Shown: positions 1 to 7,856 of the stretch, one piece after another | How positions within the stretch are numbered: the stretch's first letter is position 1 | Layout: every line of letters starts with the position of its first letter | DNA from: an uncultured archaeon | Lineage (GTDB): Archaea; Asgardarchaeota; Thorarchaeia; Thorarchaeales; Thorarchaeaceae | DNA: 13,317 nt | NCBI GenBank assembly: GCA_964354495.1 | Contig: CAYHAA010000031.1 | Span: 1-13,317 of the forward strand | Direction: 5' to 3' | Program-made: the position numbers and the translations under genes | Notes under the pieces: generated by a model | Database searches by the model: none | Told to the model about the DNA's origin: nothing | The model's input: the letters and a program-made list of their open reading frames with translations, nothing else

Positions 1-94
1 AGGGTGGCTCAACAGGAGAGGTAAAGAGCAAATTCTCTATGCTTCGGGCAACCTGTACGATTGCACCGCATTCCCCGCCGTCGAAGGCCCGTAC
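1..94. repeat. Dispersed repeat copy R1 (may continue left of the window); close homolog of 12793-12886
   Basis: AGGGTGGCTCAACAG...AAGAGCAA.TTCTC...GC.TCGGGCAACCTG(T)ACGATTGCACCGC.TTCCCC...GTCGAAGGCCCGTAC aligns end to end with 12793-12886; both are 94 nt. Confidence 0.9.
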
Positions 95-146
95 TGCCGC
101 TGGTCAAGAAACCCGATATAATGAGGACGAGTCTTGTGTAATCGTG

Positions 147-2027
147 CTATTCTTTGGATAAGAGATGAGTCTTGAAGAAATCAATGCGACCTGCAAGTTC
201 CCTTACTGCTTCATCTTTTCGGATAGTGACATGACCGGATTCAGGCTTTACATGAAGTTCAAGAGGATGATTACGAGAATACAGCCGGTTTGCAAACTCG
301 AGAACCGGAGGAAAGGGTGTACGACTATCATTTGAGGCAACGCTTATCGCCAGTGGAGCCTTGATATCATCGACTCTGCTTATCGGTGACCGTTCGAGCA
401 TCAGAGCTCGATTCTCATCAGGATTGCCCCACATTTCCTTGATGAACTCCTTGAATATGGCATCACCATGGTCAGCCATGTACGTCCAATCCGCTACAGG
501 AACAACAGCATACCCGGCAGCCCATCTCTCAGGTTGGAATGCTAGTCCTGCTAGGGTCATGAAACCACCATATGATGCACCAGTAATGCCTACTCTCTTT
601 GGATCGATGCCAAAATTCTTGACAATATAATCCACTCCAGAGCTGACATCCTGCAGATCTGCTCGCCCAGCCTCTTGAAATAGGGACTTGTTGAATGCCA
701 ATCCATAGCCCGTCGATCCTCTAAAGTTCGGTGCGAAGACTGCAAAACCTTCCTGTGTGAAGACCTGTAGAGTACCCAAGAAAAAGTCCGAGAAATGTGA
801 AGACGGCCCCCCATGGATCCATGCCAAACAAGGATAGCCTCCAATAGGTCTTGGTCTAGAGGGGAGTAGTAGAAATCCATGGATGGTGGTCCCATCAAAT
901 GAAGAATTGTATGAGATTGATTTAGACTCAACAACAGGGAATTCTTCCGTGTCTATTAGTTCGGACTGCCAACGGGTCACTTTCTTGTTTTGACCACTCA
1001 TGAGATTATGAGACCAAAGCTCTTCAGGCATTGCAGCATCAGAATGATTGTAGAACAATAGCTGTTTACCCTTGTTATCTCTTACATAGTATGGTGTGTT
1101 TGTACCTATAGGCAAATTCAGCAATTTCATTGTGTTTTCATCTATATCTATCTCATGAACTGTTGAGCGTCCATCTCTCATTGCTTGTTGGTAGAGCTTG
1201 TTTCCATCAGGACTCCAAATGCATTGTGCAAGTTCTCCTTCAGGTTGCGGAAGCTCTCTCAACTCTCCAGTTTCAGCGTTGTAGATTGATAACCTTCCAA
1301 AGTCACCCTTGGGCTGAAGCAACGGAACAAGAGGCCGTTTTGGATTCCATTGCTGCAGAAACCAGTAAGGGGGCAGAGTAGGTATCTCAGAGATTACTTC
1401 TGCAGTTCCGGGATTGAATATAACAAGAGCACCCTCTTGCCATCCTCCTGGGCGAGCACCTTGAGCAAAAGCAAGACTGGGATGACCCCATTCAACAAGG
1501 ACCGGAACCAACCTCGCAACGCATTCATCATCAAGAGCCGGTTCTGGAGTTGCCTTTAGGTCATTGGAGATCTTCGATACATGATGACCATCCTCGTACG
1601 ATCCGCAATAGATTACATTAGCTCCATCAGGCGACCAATCAAACCAGAGAAGGCGATGAGGCTCGATTTCTGAAAACACCAGTTCTTGTATATCATCTGA
1701 TTGCCTAAAGCCACGAAGAGTGTCAAATCGACATAGGTATGATTTCTCCGAACCGTCGGGGTCTGCTGCGGCCAGAGTGTACTTATCATCAGGTGAAAGA
1801 AGAGCAGGCAACGGAACGAACTTGACAGTACTAGGCAGTAGAGTCTCTTTCTTCGTAGGTCTTCTCAAAGAACTTCTTATGAGAGAGTAGCCTCCAGACT
1901 CAGCTAGCCTCTGGTATAAGAAGAGGTCCCCGCTTTTCGAGAAGTCTGTTGGAGTTGTAAAATATGTCGCTTCAAGTGCAATCTTTAGACGTTCATAGAT
2001 GGATATCAAATGATTCCCTCCTAACAT
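147..2027 (-). CDS. S9 family (prolyl oligopeptidase / acylaminoacyl-peptidase-like) serine peptidase, 626 aa
   Basis: C-terminal alpha/beta hydrolase with IHGGP, NFRGSTGYG, nucleophile elbow GASYGG, Asp in NDSRT and His in ESGH; N-terminal WSPDG-type beta-propeller repeats. Confidence 0.92.
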   Translation of the reverse strand: MLGGNHLISIYERLKIALEATYFTTPTDFSKSGDLFLYQRLAESGGYSLIRSSLRRPTKKETLLPSTVKFVPLPALLSPDDKYTLAAADPDGSEKSYLCRFDTLRGFRQSDDIQELVFSEIEPHRLLWFDWSPDGANVIYCGSYEDGHHVSKISNDLKATPEPALDDECVARLVPVLVEWGHPSLAFAQGARPGGWQEGALVIFNPGTAEVISEIPTLPPYWFLQQWNPKRPLVPLLQPKGDFGRLSIYNAETGELRELPQPEGELAQCIWSPDGNKLYQQAMRDGRSTVHEIDIDENTMKLLNLPIGTNTPYYVRDNKGKQLLFYNHSDAAMPEELWSHNLMSGQNKKVTRWQSELIDTEEFPVVESKSISYNSSFDGTTIHGFLLLPSRPRPIGGYPCLAWIHGGPSSHFSDFFLGTLQVFTQEGFAVFAPNFRGSTGYGLAFNKSLFQEAGRADLQDVSSGVDYIVKNFGIDPKRVGITGASYGGFMTLAGLAFQPERWAAGYAVVPVADWTYMADHGDAIFKEFIKEMWGNPDENRALMLERSPISRVDDIKAPLAISVASNDSRTPFPPVLEFANRLYSRNHPLELHVKPESGHVTIRKDEAVRELAGRIDFFKTHLLSKE

Positions 2028-2052
2028 GAGTAGACTAATTTAGTAGTGCTCC

Positions 2053-2064
2053 TGACATAAAACT
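2053..2064 (-). promoter_or_regulatory. Putative TATA-containing promoter (AGTTTTATGTCA on minus strand) for the peptidase; identical 12-mer at 3356-3367
   Basis: Exact 12-bp match between 2053-2064 and 3356-3367. The TTTTAT core lies ~30 nt upstream of the ATG at 2027, a spacing compatible with a leaderless or short-leader archaeal transcript. Confidence 0.5.
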
Positions 2065-2110
2065 TGTTCGATGAACATACCATCTGACAAGAAGTCTTAG
2101 TGAAAATGAG

Positions 2111-2174
2111 AGGGCGGCTCAACAGCGAACAGCAAGGGCAAGTCCCCTGATTACCTGACCCCGTCAGTCTGTAC
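2111..2174. repeat. Dispersed repeat copy R2 (internally deleted); homology to R3 extends left to ~2053
   Basis: AGGGCGGCTCAACAGCGAACAGCAAGGGCAAGT matches the first 33 nt of R4 with 2 mismatches, then ACCTGAC, CCCGTC and GTAC blocks occur in the same order as in R4. Preceded by an A-rich tract (TGAAAATGAG). Confidence 0.85.
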
Positions 2175-2179
2175 TCCGT

Positions 2180-2258
2180 ATCCATCTGAGATGGATGAAC
2201 ATTGAAGAATTGTTCATGGGAGTGGCGCAGTGGCTTTTGGGGACCACCTTCTGGTGGT
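2180..2258. other. Cluster of perfect short hairpins 3' of the minus-strand nuclease gene (possible terminator or RNA stability elements)
   Basis: ATCCATC-TGA-GATGGAT (2180-2196), ATGAACA-N9-TGTTCAT (2195-2217), ACCACC-TTCT-GGTGGT (2243-2258). Confidence 0.45.
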
Positions 2259-2295
2259 GGGTTCTTTATTCTCTAATAACTCACACTTGTTCCTG

Positions 2296-3306
2296 TCATG
2301 GTATTGAAAATGCTTTCTGCAATATTCCTTTTTCGATGCCTTTTGCTTTCTTACTTTTATAGCCAATGGTTTTATTCCGAAAGTATCTCATCATTATTTC
2401 CTTATCACTAGAAACCTCGCTCTCAGAGATATATTGGAATATGCTTTCCCATGTAACCCTTAGAAACTTCCTTCGCTGATTCTCCTTGATGTGCTTCCCA
2501 AAGATGGCCTCGATATCCGCCTCTCGTTTAGACCGCACCAGATTAATGAGATAGAAATCTACTTTCTGCTGATCTGCCATCCAAGTTCCAAGAATCCAGA
2601 ATCGTAATAATTCATACAGCCCCTCATTCACAACCTTTTCAAATTCGGAGTGAAAGACTTTGAAGAACCAATTCTCTCCACCAGTCAAGTATTTCTTTTT
2701 TCTTCTTGAAATGTAGGATGGGTCTTTCTTTGGGGGGTTCTTTTTGTTTGGAGCATCTAACTTTGCCTCAATGAAGAACAGTGCACGGTCAGTATGGATT
2801 ATAATATCCGGTTCTGAACCCTGAGATCTAGTTTCACCAAACTTGTCTCTTGCTGTATTCAGTGGCGACCAACCAGCATCTTCTTTCTGACTATATGACC
2901 AATAGATTACTTCAGAGGATTTAGGTGATGTGTTGGTTATAGAGCTCAACATTCTTTCGACAAGATTATTCTTCTCCAAGAATCTAAAAACATTCCAACA
3001 AACGGCATCTTCGCAATTGTCGTGTTCCATTCGACACCTTCTTTTAAAAACCTTAATTCTCTCTAATAACTCTAAGTCTAGCTGTTCTTTCCAGAGCAGA
3101 TTATCTGATACGTTCGGGTATTGAAAGGTTGAAGGGGAGATGACAATTCTGTCTCGGGGACACCTGAAATTCTCTCTAAATTCTTGGCCCTTTGTTTCAT
3201 TTGTCATTTTTTCAACAATTTCACTGCAACCTTTAACTGGACATTCAACTTTTGTGTCGGTAATTTCGATTTTTTCCTTCAATTCCTCTGCACCGAGCAT
3301 TTTCAA
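2296..3306 (-). CDS. PD-(D/E)xK putative restriction endonuclease (PGN_0703-like), 336 aa, with N-terminal Cys cluster
   Basis: SEPDIIIHTDRALFFIEAKL catalytic motif; upstream EDAVCWNVF motif resembles the PGN_0703 family; CPVKGC...CPRD possible Zn site; visibly more AT-rich than its neighbours. Start is TTG 3306 or ATG 3300. Confidence 0.7.
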   Translation of the reverse strand: MKMLGAEELKEKIEITDTKVECPVKGCSEIVEKMTNETKGQEFRENFRCPRDRIVISPSTFQYPNVSDNLLWKEQLDLELLERIKVFKRRCRMEHDNCEDAVCWNVFRFLEKNNLVERMLSSITNTSPKSSEVIYWSYSQKEDAGWSPLNTARDKFGETRSQGSEPDIIIHTDRALFFIEAKLDAPNKKNPPKKDPSYISRRKKKYLTGGENWFFKVFHSEFEKVVNEGLYELLRFWILGTWMADQQKVDFYLINLVRSKREADIEAIFGKHIKENQRRKFLRVTWESIFQYISESEVSSDKEIMMRYFRNKTIGYKSKKAKGIEKGILQKAFSIP

Positions 3307-3355
3307 CTCTTATCATTCCCTCCATGACATAAGCAGACCAGTTTAGTAATACCCT

Positions 3356-3367
3356 TGACATAAAACT
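3356..3367 (-). promoter_or_regulatory. Putative TATA-containing promoter, copy of 2053-2064
   Basis: Identical 12-mer TGACATAAAACT at a similar distance from the repeat core as in R2. Confidence 0.45.
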
Positions 3368-3412
3368 CGTTTGGCGAATATACTATCTGACTAAAAACTG
3401 TTGAAAAAGAAA

Positions 3413-3490
3413 AGAGTGGCTCAACAGCGAGCAGCAATAGACTGGTTTCAGAGAGGATAAACTCTGCGTTTCTTGGGTCGAAAACTCACT
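3413..3490. repeat. Dispersed repeat copy R3 (most diverged; right boundary approximate)
   Basis: AGAGTGGCTCAACAGCGAGCAGCAA matches R4 at 23/25; a distal GCGTT...GTCGAA block is retained; A-rich tract (TTGAAAAAGAAA) on the left as in R2 and R4. Confidence 0.75.
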
Positions 3491-3579
3491 TTGCAGCTGG
3501 AATTGCATTGATAACTCAAACGAACAACTTTCTTATTGAAAGGAAAGCCTCATTGTGATCATATCGTGGTGAAGGACTA

Positions 3580-4383
3580 ATGAACATTGATGAGTTCATA
3601 GAGAAACTAAAAGAGATCCGGGATTCTGGATTTGTCGAGTCCCACAGAGCGGGAGATACAGGAATTGGCAAAACTCTCGAAGATAAGTTAGAAATCAATG
3701 AGAACAATATAGCTGGTCCTGATTTTAGTGTTTACGAGTTAAAATCTGGCAGAAGGCAATCCAGTTCAATGATTACGCTTTTTACGAAAACGCCCGATCC
3801 TAAGGGAGCAACAAAGGAACTAGTAGACCATTTCGGTTACAAACATCGAAAGGGGTCTTCCAAAACAAGACAGGTGACTCTTGTTCATGTAGCTGAAGAA
3901 AGCGAATTCATTCCACTTGAAGACAAGGAGCTTCATGTCACTGTGGATGCACTCAGACCAAACAGCGTCGGATTGCAGCTTAAGTTCGTTGGAGATAGAT
4001 TGTACTTCAAGAATGACAAAGGTGTCATCGCTTACTATGACAGGGATGAGTTGGAGAAGACATTTGAGAAGAAGTACAAGAGCATGGTCTATGTCATAGC
4101 AGACTGCAAAAGCGACGGGAAGAGAGAGTCCTTTTGGTTTAACGAGGCATATAGACTTGATAGATTCGGTTTCTCAACATTCTCCAAATTAATCAAAGAT
4201 GGTCTTCTAAAGGTCGATTTACGTGTGGGACATTATCCAGATGGAAGAGTGCACGACCATGGGACTGGTTTCAGAATCTTACCTGTTCATTTTCCAAAAT
4301 GCTTCGAAGTGATTGAATGCATCCTGCCACTTGAAGAAGTATACCAAAAGGCAATCATTCCGGAACTGGATGGAAGAAACTGA
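3580..4383 (+). CDS. MvaI/BcnI family type II restriction endonuclease, 267 aa
   Basis: GDTGIGKTLED...NENN...PDF...ELKS.R...MITLFTKTP and C-terminal HDHGTGFRI are typical of this family; adjacent to a methyltransferase. Confidence 0.88.
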   Translation: MNIDEFIEKLKEIRDSGFVESHRAGDTGIGKTLEDKLEINENNIAGPDFSVYELKSGRRQSSSMITLFTKTPDPKGATKELVDHFGYKHRKGSSKTRQVTLVHVAEESEFIPLEDKELHVTVDALRPNSVGLQLKFVGDRLYFKNDKGVIAYYDRDELEKTFEKKYKSMVYVIADCKSDGKRESFWFNEAYRLDRFGFSTFSKLIKDGLLKVDLRVGHYPDGRVHDHGTGFRILPVHFPKCFEVIECILPLEEVYQKAIIPELDGRN

Positions 4384-4409
4384 ATCGAATATTCGCCCTA
4401 ATCTGTCAA

Positions 4410-5699
4410 TTAGACCTTTCGCAGAATAACTATGTGCTCATTGTGCATTGTATCAGCCTTGAACCCTTCGACATTCTCTGGCGCATTCTGCCAAGGCATC
4501 CTCTTGGTTGGGATATTCCGAGGGATTGTGCACTCATGGTCGAAACCTAGAACTGTGCCTAGCTCTGCTGTAATCTTGTCCGTTGGAATTCGCACCCGAG
4601 CCATCAGACGGTTGCCAATCACAATGCACGCATGTCCGTTTCTCTTCAACTTCTGATACATTGTTTCAATAGATTGATTGTAGTCAAAGAAGAAATTGAA
4701 AAACGCCTTCGCCCGTTTTGGGCTGTTCTTGCGTACTCTCTCATAGGTCTCATTCAGAGTCTTGCTTTCAAGAAGAGTCTCATCAAATTTCTTAGAATTA
4801 CTGCCACCAAGCCCTCGCCTGTCTACCGATTGCACCTGTTCATAGTCAAGTCCAATCCAATGCGCAGGATATCGTGAGAATTGCCCATATGCAACAGTAG
4901 TACTGTGATCACCGTATGGGGGAGATGTGACAATAAGGTCAATAGAACTGTCATCTATTGGGGCTTCTCTGTTGTCAGCATATATCACTCTCGACATACT
5001 ATAGTCTTCCGGCAGCGCCTTCACAAAGGGTGCCATCAGAGGGATGCATCTTCTGACATTGGCTCGGAAGACTTCATAGACATCAGGAGTGAACGACTTC
5101 TGCTCATCCTCCTTCATTCGAACAATCTTGAACTCTGCCTTCTTCAAGTTGGATGTCTCTCGTGCTGTGTGCGCTAGGCAGAGTCTAAAGAAGTCCCTGA
5201 CAGGTTCATCCTCAACTGACTCGATTGCTTTCTTGATGACTGCTAGGTCAGCCTGAACATATTCCTTGAACCAGAGATTTGCGTTATGCATCGCTGGAAT
5301 TTCGAGGGTACCATGTAACTGCTTTCTGACTGATGCTATCTTGTTACTAAGCCTCTCGCTTGCTCGACGAAGAACATCGTTATCAATTGGGGTCGTCTTG
5401 ACCTTTGAAAGGAATACTGCGAAAGGATTGAGATCAGTACCGACTGATGTTCTACCCGTGAGCATTGACTCAACGAGTATTGAACCAGAACCACAGAATG
5501 GGTCCCAAACCAAGTCATCCTTTTCTGAATAGCGCTCAATGAGCTTCCTCGCAACCTGAGGAATCATTCTGGCTGGGTATGGATGGAGACCGTGAGTCAT
5601 GTACTTCGTGTCTGCCCCTGCAAACGTCCAGTCCTCTACTGGTTCTTCCCTATTGTCAGGGTCGAAGTCAGGCAATCTACTCTGTTCCATCATTACCAT
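4410..5699 (-). CDS. DNA methyltransferase, probably N4-cytosine, alpha-class motif order (M.MvaI-like), 429 aa
   Basis: THGLHPYPARMIPQV, motif I DPFCGSG precedes motif IV TSPPY; convergent with the REase (26-nt gap). The target sequence cannot be read from this. Confidence 0.9.
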   Translation of the reverse strand: MVMMEQSRLPDFDPDNREEPVEDWTFAGADTKYMTHGLHPYPARMIPQVARKLIERYSEKDDLVWDPFCGSGSILVESMLTGRTSVGTDLNPFAVFLSKVKTTPIDNDVLRRASERLSNKIASVRKQLHGTLEIPAMHNANLWFKEYVQADLAVIKKAIESVEDEPVRDFFRLCLAHTARETSNLKKAEFKIVRMKEDEQKSFTPDVYEVFRANVRRCIPLMAPFVKALPEDYSMSRVIYADNREAPIDDSSIDLIVTSPPYGDHSTTVAYGQFSRYPAHWIGLDYEQVQSVDRRGLGGSNSKKFDETLLESKTLNETYERVRKNSPKRAKAFFNFFFDYNQSIETMYQKLKRNGHACIVIGNRLMARVRIPTDKITAELGTVLGFDHECTIPRNIPTKRMPWQNAPENVEGFKADTMHNEHIVILRKV

Positions 5700-5703
5700 T
5701 CTA

Positions 5704-5728
5704 TCTCCTGTTGTTAGCTGTTATATAT
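5704..5728 (-). promoter_or_regulatory. Putative TATA box and Shine-Dalgarno of the methyltransferase
   Basis: Minus strand ATATATAA (5728-5721), then AGGAGA (5709-5704), then ATG at 5699. Confidence 0.55.
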
Positions 5729-5773
5729 CCAGTCCTCAGTATCTCTGAGTGTATCCTGCTCATTGATTCCTTC

Positions 5774-6300
5774 AGAAACGTAGGAGGTGATCCCCGATCT
5801 GTTGGTAGGAAGAGAAGATGCCCTGCTTGTGCCCGTGCAGGGACGTCCGACCTGCTAAGTAACAGTCGAAACCTGGAACCCCTAGTCCGACCGCAGTTGG
5901 TGAGTGAAACTTCTCCACCTTCAACTTCCATGTTCAGCACTCCTCATGACTCCTGTCACCAGCAACCAGCAGGACCTCTCCAGCTGGGCGTGCATGAGTT
6001 TCGCTGTGCCTCATTGGAGCATGACTCCTCTTCACAGACTGAGCATCTGTCCGCTGCGCTGTATTATCATGGTCACCAGAACCCACGATGGCAGACGGCG
6101 TTTCCATGGTCTTTTCCATGGCTTGGTCGGTACTACTCGCAGACTCCTCAAGAGAGGTCTGGTCATAGCAGTCAGCCACGGTGCTCCCTACAAGCGAAGC
6201 TGGCAACTTCTTGGGAACTGAGGACATCCCTTTAGAACGAGCCCTCCGGGTCTTCGGGGAGGCCTTCCGTATTGGCGGAAGCCAAGTCCCTAGTCCTTCC
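5774..6300 (-). ncRNA. Putative TnpB omegaRNA (scaffold overlapping the 3' coding tail and trailer; candidate guide ~5793-5774); boundaries uncertain
   Basis: Position 3' of tnpB (established for TnpB omegaRNAs); hairpins such as CCCTGC-N10-GCAGGG near 5821-5842 and CTTCCG-N6-CGGAAG near 6265-6280; a ...GGGGATCAC end resembling IS605-type right ends. Inferred, not demonstrated. Confidence 0.45.
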
Positions 6301-7676
6301 TCACCCCTCAAGGAGGGAATGAGCCTAATCAAACGCAGACCGATGTTGATCGCTGCGTTCTTGTCCGCGTTATCGCGGTACCCACATGTGTGACAGAGGA
6401 AATAGCTCTGCTTTGGTCGATATCCTGTAGACCCACACTTGTGACACTTGATGCTGGTCCAAGCCTCCGGAACTGAAAACACCCTCTTGGGATTGAATCC
6501 ATTCAGACTGAGCTTGTGTTGGAGCGCGTTGGTGATGCGAGCAAAGGACCATCGGTTTATCAGCCCACGAAACCGGCTCCCCTTTCCATCACCCTTTCGT
6601 GCGCGATTACGGATTCCTTTTAGTTGCCCTATTGCGACAAAGAGATCATAGCGTTGCGCCAGTTCAAGAACGTGCTCGGAGAGCTGTTTCACGAGCTTCC
6701 CGTCATAGTCGAAACTGACATTCTCACGCTTAGAGCTCATTGCACGAAGGCGTTTCGTGACCTCATCTGTTGATTGAACATTCCTCAGACGGGTGTCGCG
6801 CTCCACCTGGAGGCTTGCCACCATCCCATCATAACGCTCAATCTGTTTCGCTTTTTCGCAGTCGGTCCAGAACCTGACCTGTCGAAAGCCGCTCTGAGTC
6901 AGTACAACAGAACAGACTGCCTTCTTTATCCCGAGGTCTATCCCTATCACTGCAGGGGGTCTTTGTTCAGGCTTGATCGAAGTGACATCGACCTTGACCT
7001 TGAAGACCACCCACCACTTTCGCTTCCTGTCCTTCACAATCTGAATGGACTTCCTCTCTCCCAGACTCAATTGGTTGAGATGATAAGAGGAAGGACTCAG
7101 AGGAATTGCCAGTCTATCGTGACGTACTCTTCCTTCTCTCACTGAGTCGAGAGCATCACGAAGGATGAGCCAGTGCTTGATCTCCTTGTCAGGAGTATAC
7201 ACAAACTCGAACATCCTCGTGAACATGTGACGAGGCAGCTTCCTCGAACTGTACCCCTTTGCCTGTAGGGGCTTGTTCCTACCTAGAGCGAGATACACCT
7301 TCCACATTGCAATGGCTGTCTCTCGGCACTCCTGGAGTTCATTTGTTGAGATGTTTGGGAATCGTTGTTTGAAGTCGTGAGGAACGTTCTTCGTATCAGT
7401 CCGCAGTGTCAGTTCGTCTAACTTTCCAGCATCGAGTTGTTTCTTGTTCGTTCCAGCAAGGAGGTTTCTCTCATGTTTCTCAATTACTCCCAGATAGGCC
7501 TTGATGACTCTGGTGTCCCTTCCTGTGATTCTGGACAGGCGTGTCTTCTGTCTCTCCGTCATCACATCCCATCGGACAGGGACTTTGACCGTCGTCATCA
7601 CGCCACTGGAGCGACCCATGAGATTCCGCCTCGCGTATATAAATTCCCGACCTGTTTCCGGTCGAGGGAGTTTCAC
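5934..7676 (-). CDS. tnpB: TnpB-family (IS200/IS605, solo IS1341-like) RNA-guided endonuclease with rearranged RuvC-II and long C-terminal tail; true start probably 7619 or 7598
   Basis: RuvC-I VIGIDLG, Zn ribbon CHKC...CHTC, RuvC-III NADKNAAINI. The canonical RuvC-II Glu position reads AIGQL, with an alternative Glu in VPEAWTS. TTTATATA at 7643-7636 lies inside the annotated N-terminus. No tnpA in the window. Confidence 0.88.
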   Translation of the reverse strand: MKLPRPETGREFIYARRNLMGRSSGVMTTVKVPVRWDVMTERQKTRLSRITGRDTRVIKAYLGVIEKHERNLLAGTNKKQLDAGKLDELTLRTDTKNVPHDFKQRFPNISTNELQECRETAIAMWKVYLALGRNKPLQAKGYSSRKLPRHMFTRMFEFVYTPDKEIKHWLILRDALDSVREGRVRHDRLAIPLSPSSYHLNQLSLGERKSIQIVKDRKRKWWVVFKVKVDVTSIKPEQRPPAVIGIDLGIKKAVCSVVLTQSGFRQVRFWTDCEKAKQIERYDGMVASLQVERDTRLRNVQSTDEVTKRLRAMSSKRENVSFDYDGKLVKQLSEHVLELAQRYDLFVAIGQLKGIRNRARKGDGKGSRFRGLINRWSFARITNALQHKLSLNGFNPKRVFSVPEAWTSIKCHKCGSTGYRPKQSYFLCHTCGYRDNADKNAAINIGLRLIRLIPSLRGEEGLGTWLPPIRKASPKTRRARSKGMSSVPKKLPASLVGSTVADCYDQTSLEESASSTDQAMEKTMETPSAIVGSGDHDNTAQRTDAQSVKRSHAPMRHSETHARPAGEVLLVAGDRSHEEC

Positions 7677-7856
7677 TCAACCTCTTTCTCCGGAGATTGA
7701 CTGATAACCTCCACACTTTATCTGATGCAGGGAAGTATATAAATTCATTAAACGTATTTCATATTATTGAGATATATTGTCCAATAGTAGGATATTGGGC
7801 AAAATAGAAAAGGGAATATCCCGCTACACTAGCACATTGCGTCTGGAGACGATTAA

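Noticed and set aside
3245-3325. Short out-of-frame ORF with ATG and an SD-like GGAGGGA overlapping the start of the 336-aa nuclease
   Set aside because: About 26 codons with no motif; cannot distinguish a leader peptide, frameshift or chance from sequence alone.
3580-5699. Assigning CCWGG or CCSGG specificity from site avoidance
   Set aside because: CCWGG and CCSGG sites both occur in the window; 13 kb is too small to test avoidance, and family membership does not fix specificity.
5800-5933. tnpB trailer as a degenerate 16S fragment (GGTGGAGAAGT..., ...GTCCCTGC...)
   Set aside because: Only scattered 8-9 nt matches, not collinear with 16S; only the 18-mer at 5776-5793 is retained as a finding.
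5579-6235. 218-aa plus-strand ORF and 79-aa ORF 5701-5940 (-)
   Set aside because: They overlap the MTase start, tnpB tail and putative omegaRNA, have no recognisable motifs, and are most likely incidental.
5934-7676. TnpB as a nuclease-dead TldR-like repressor or a Cas12f CRISPR effector
   Set aside because: The relocated Glu (ExxTS) plausibly restores the triad, and there is no CRISPR array nearby. A dead enzyme is not excluded without an assay.
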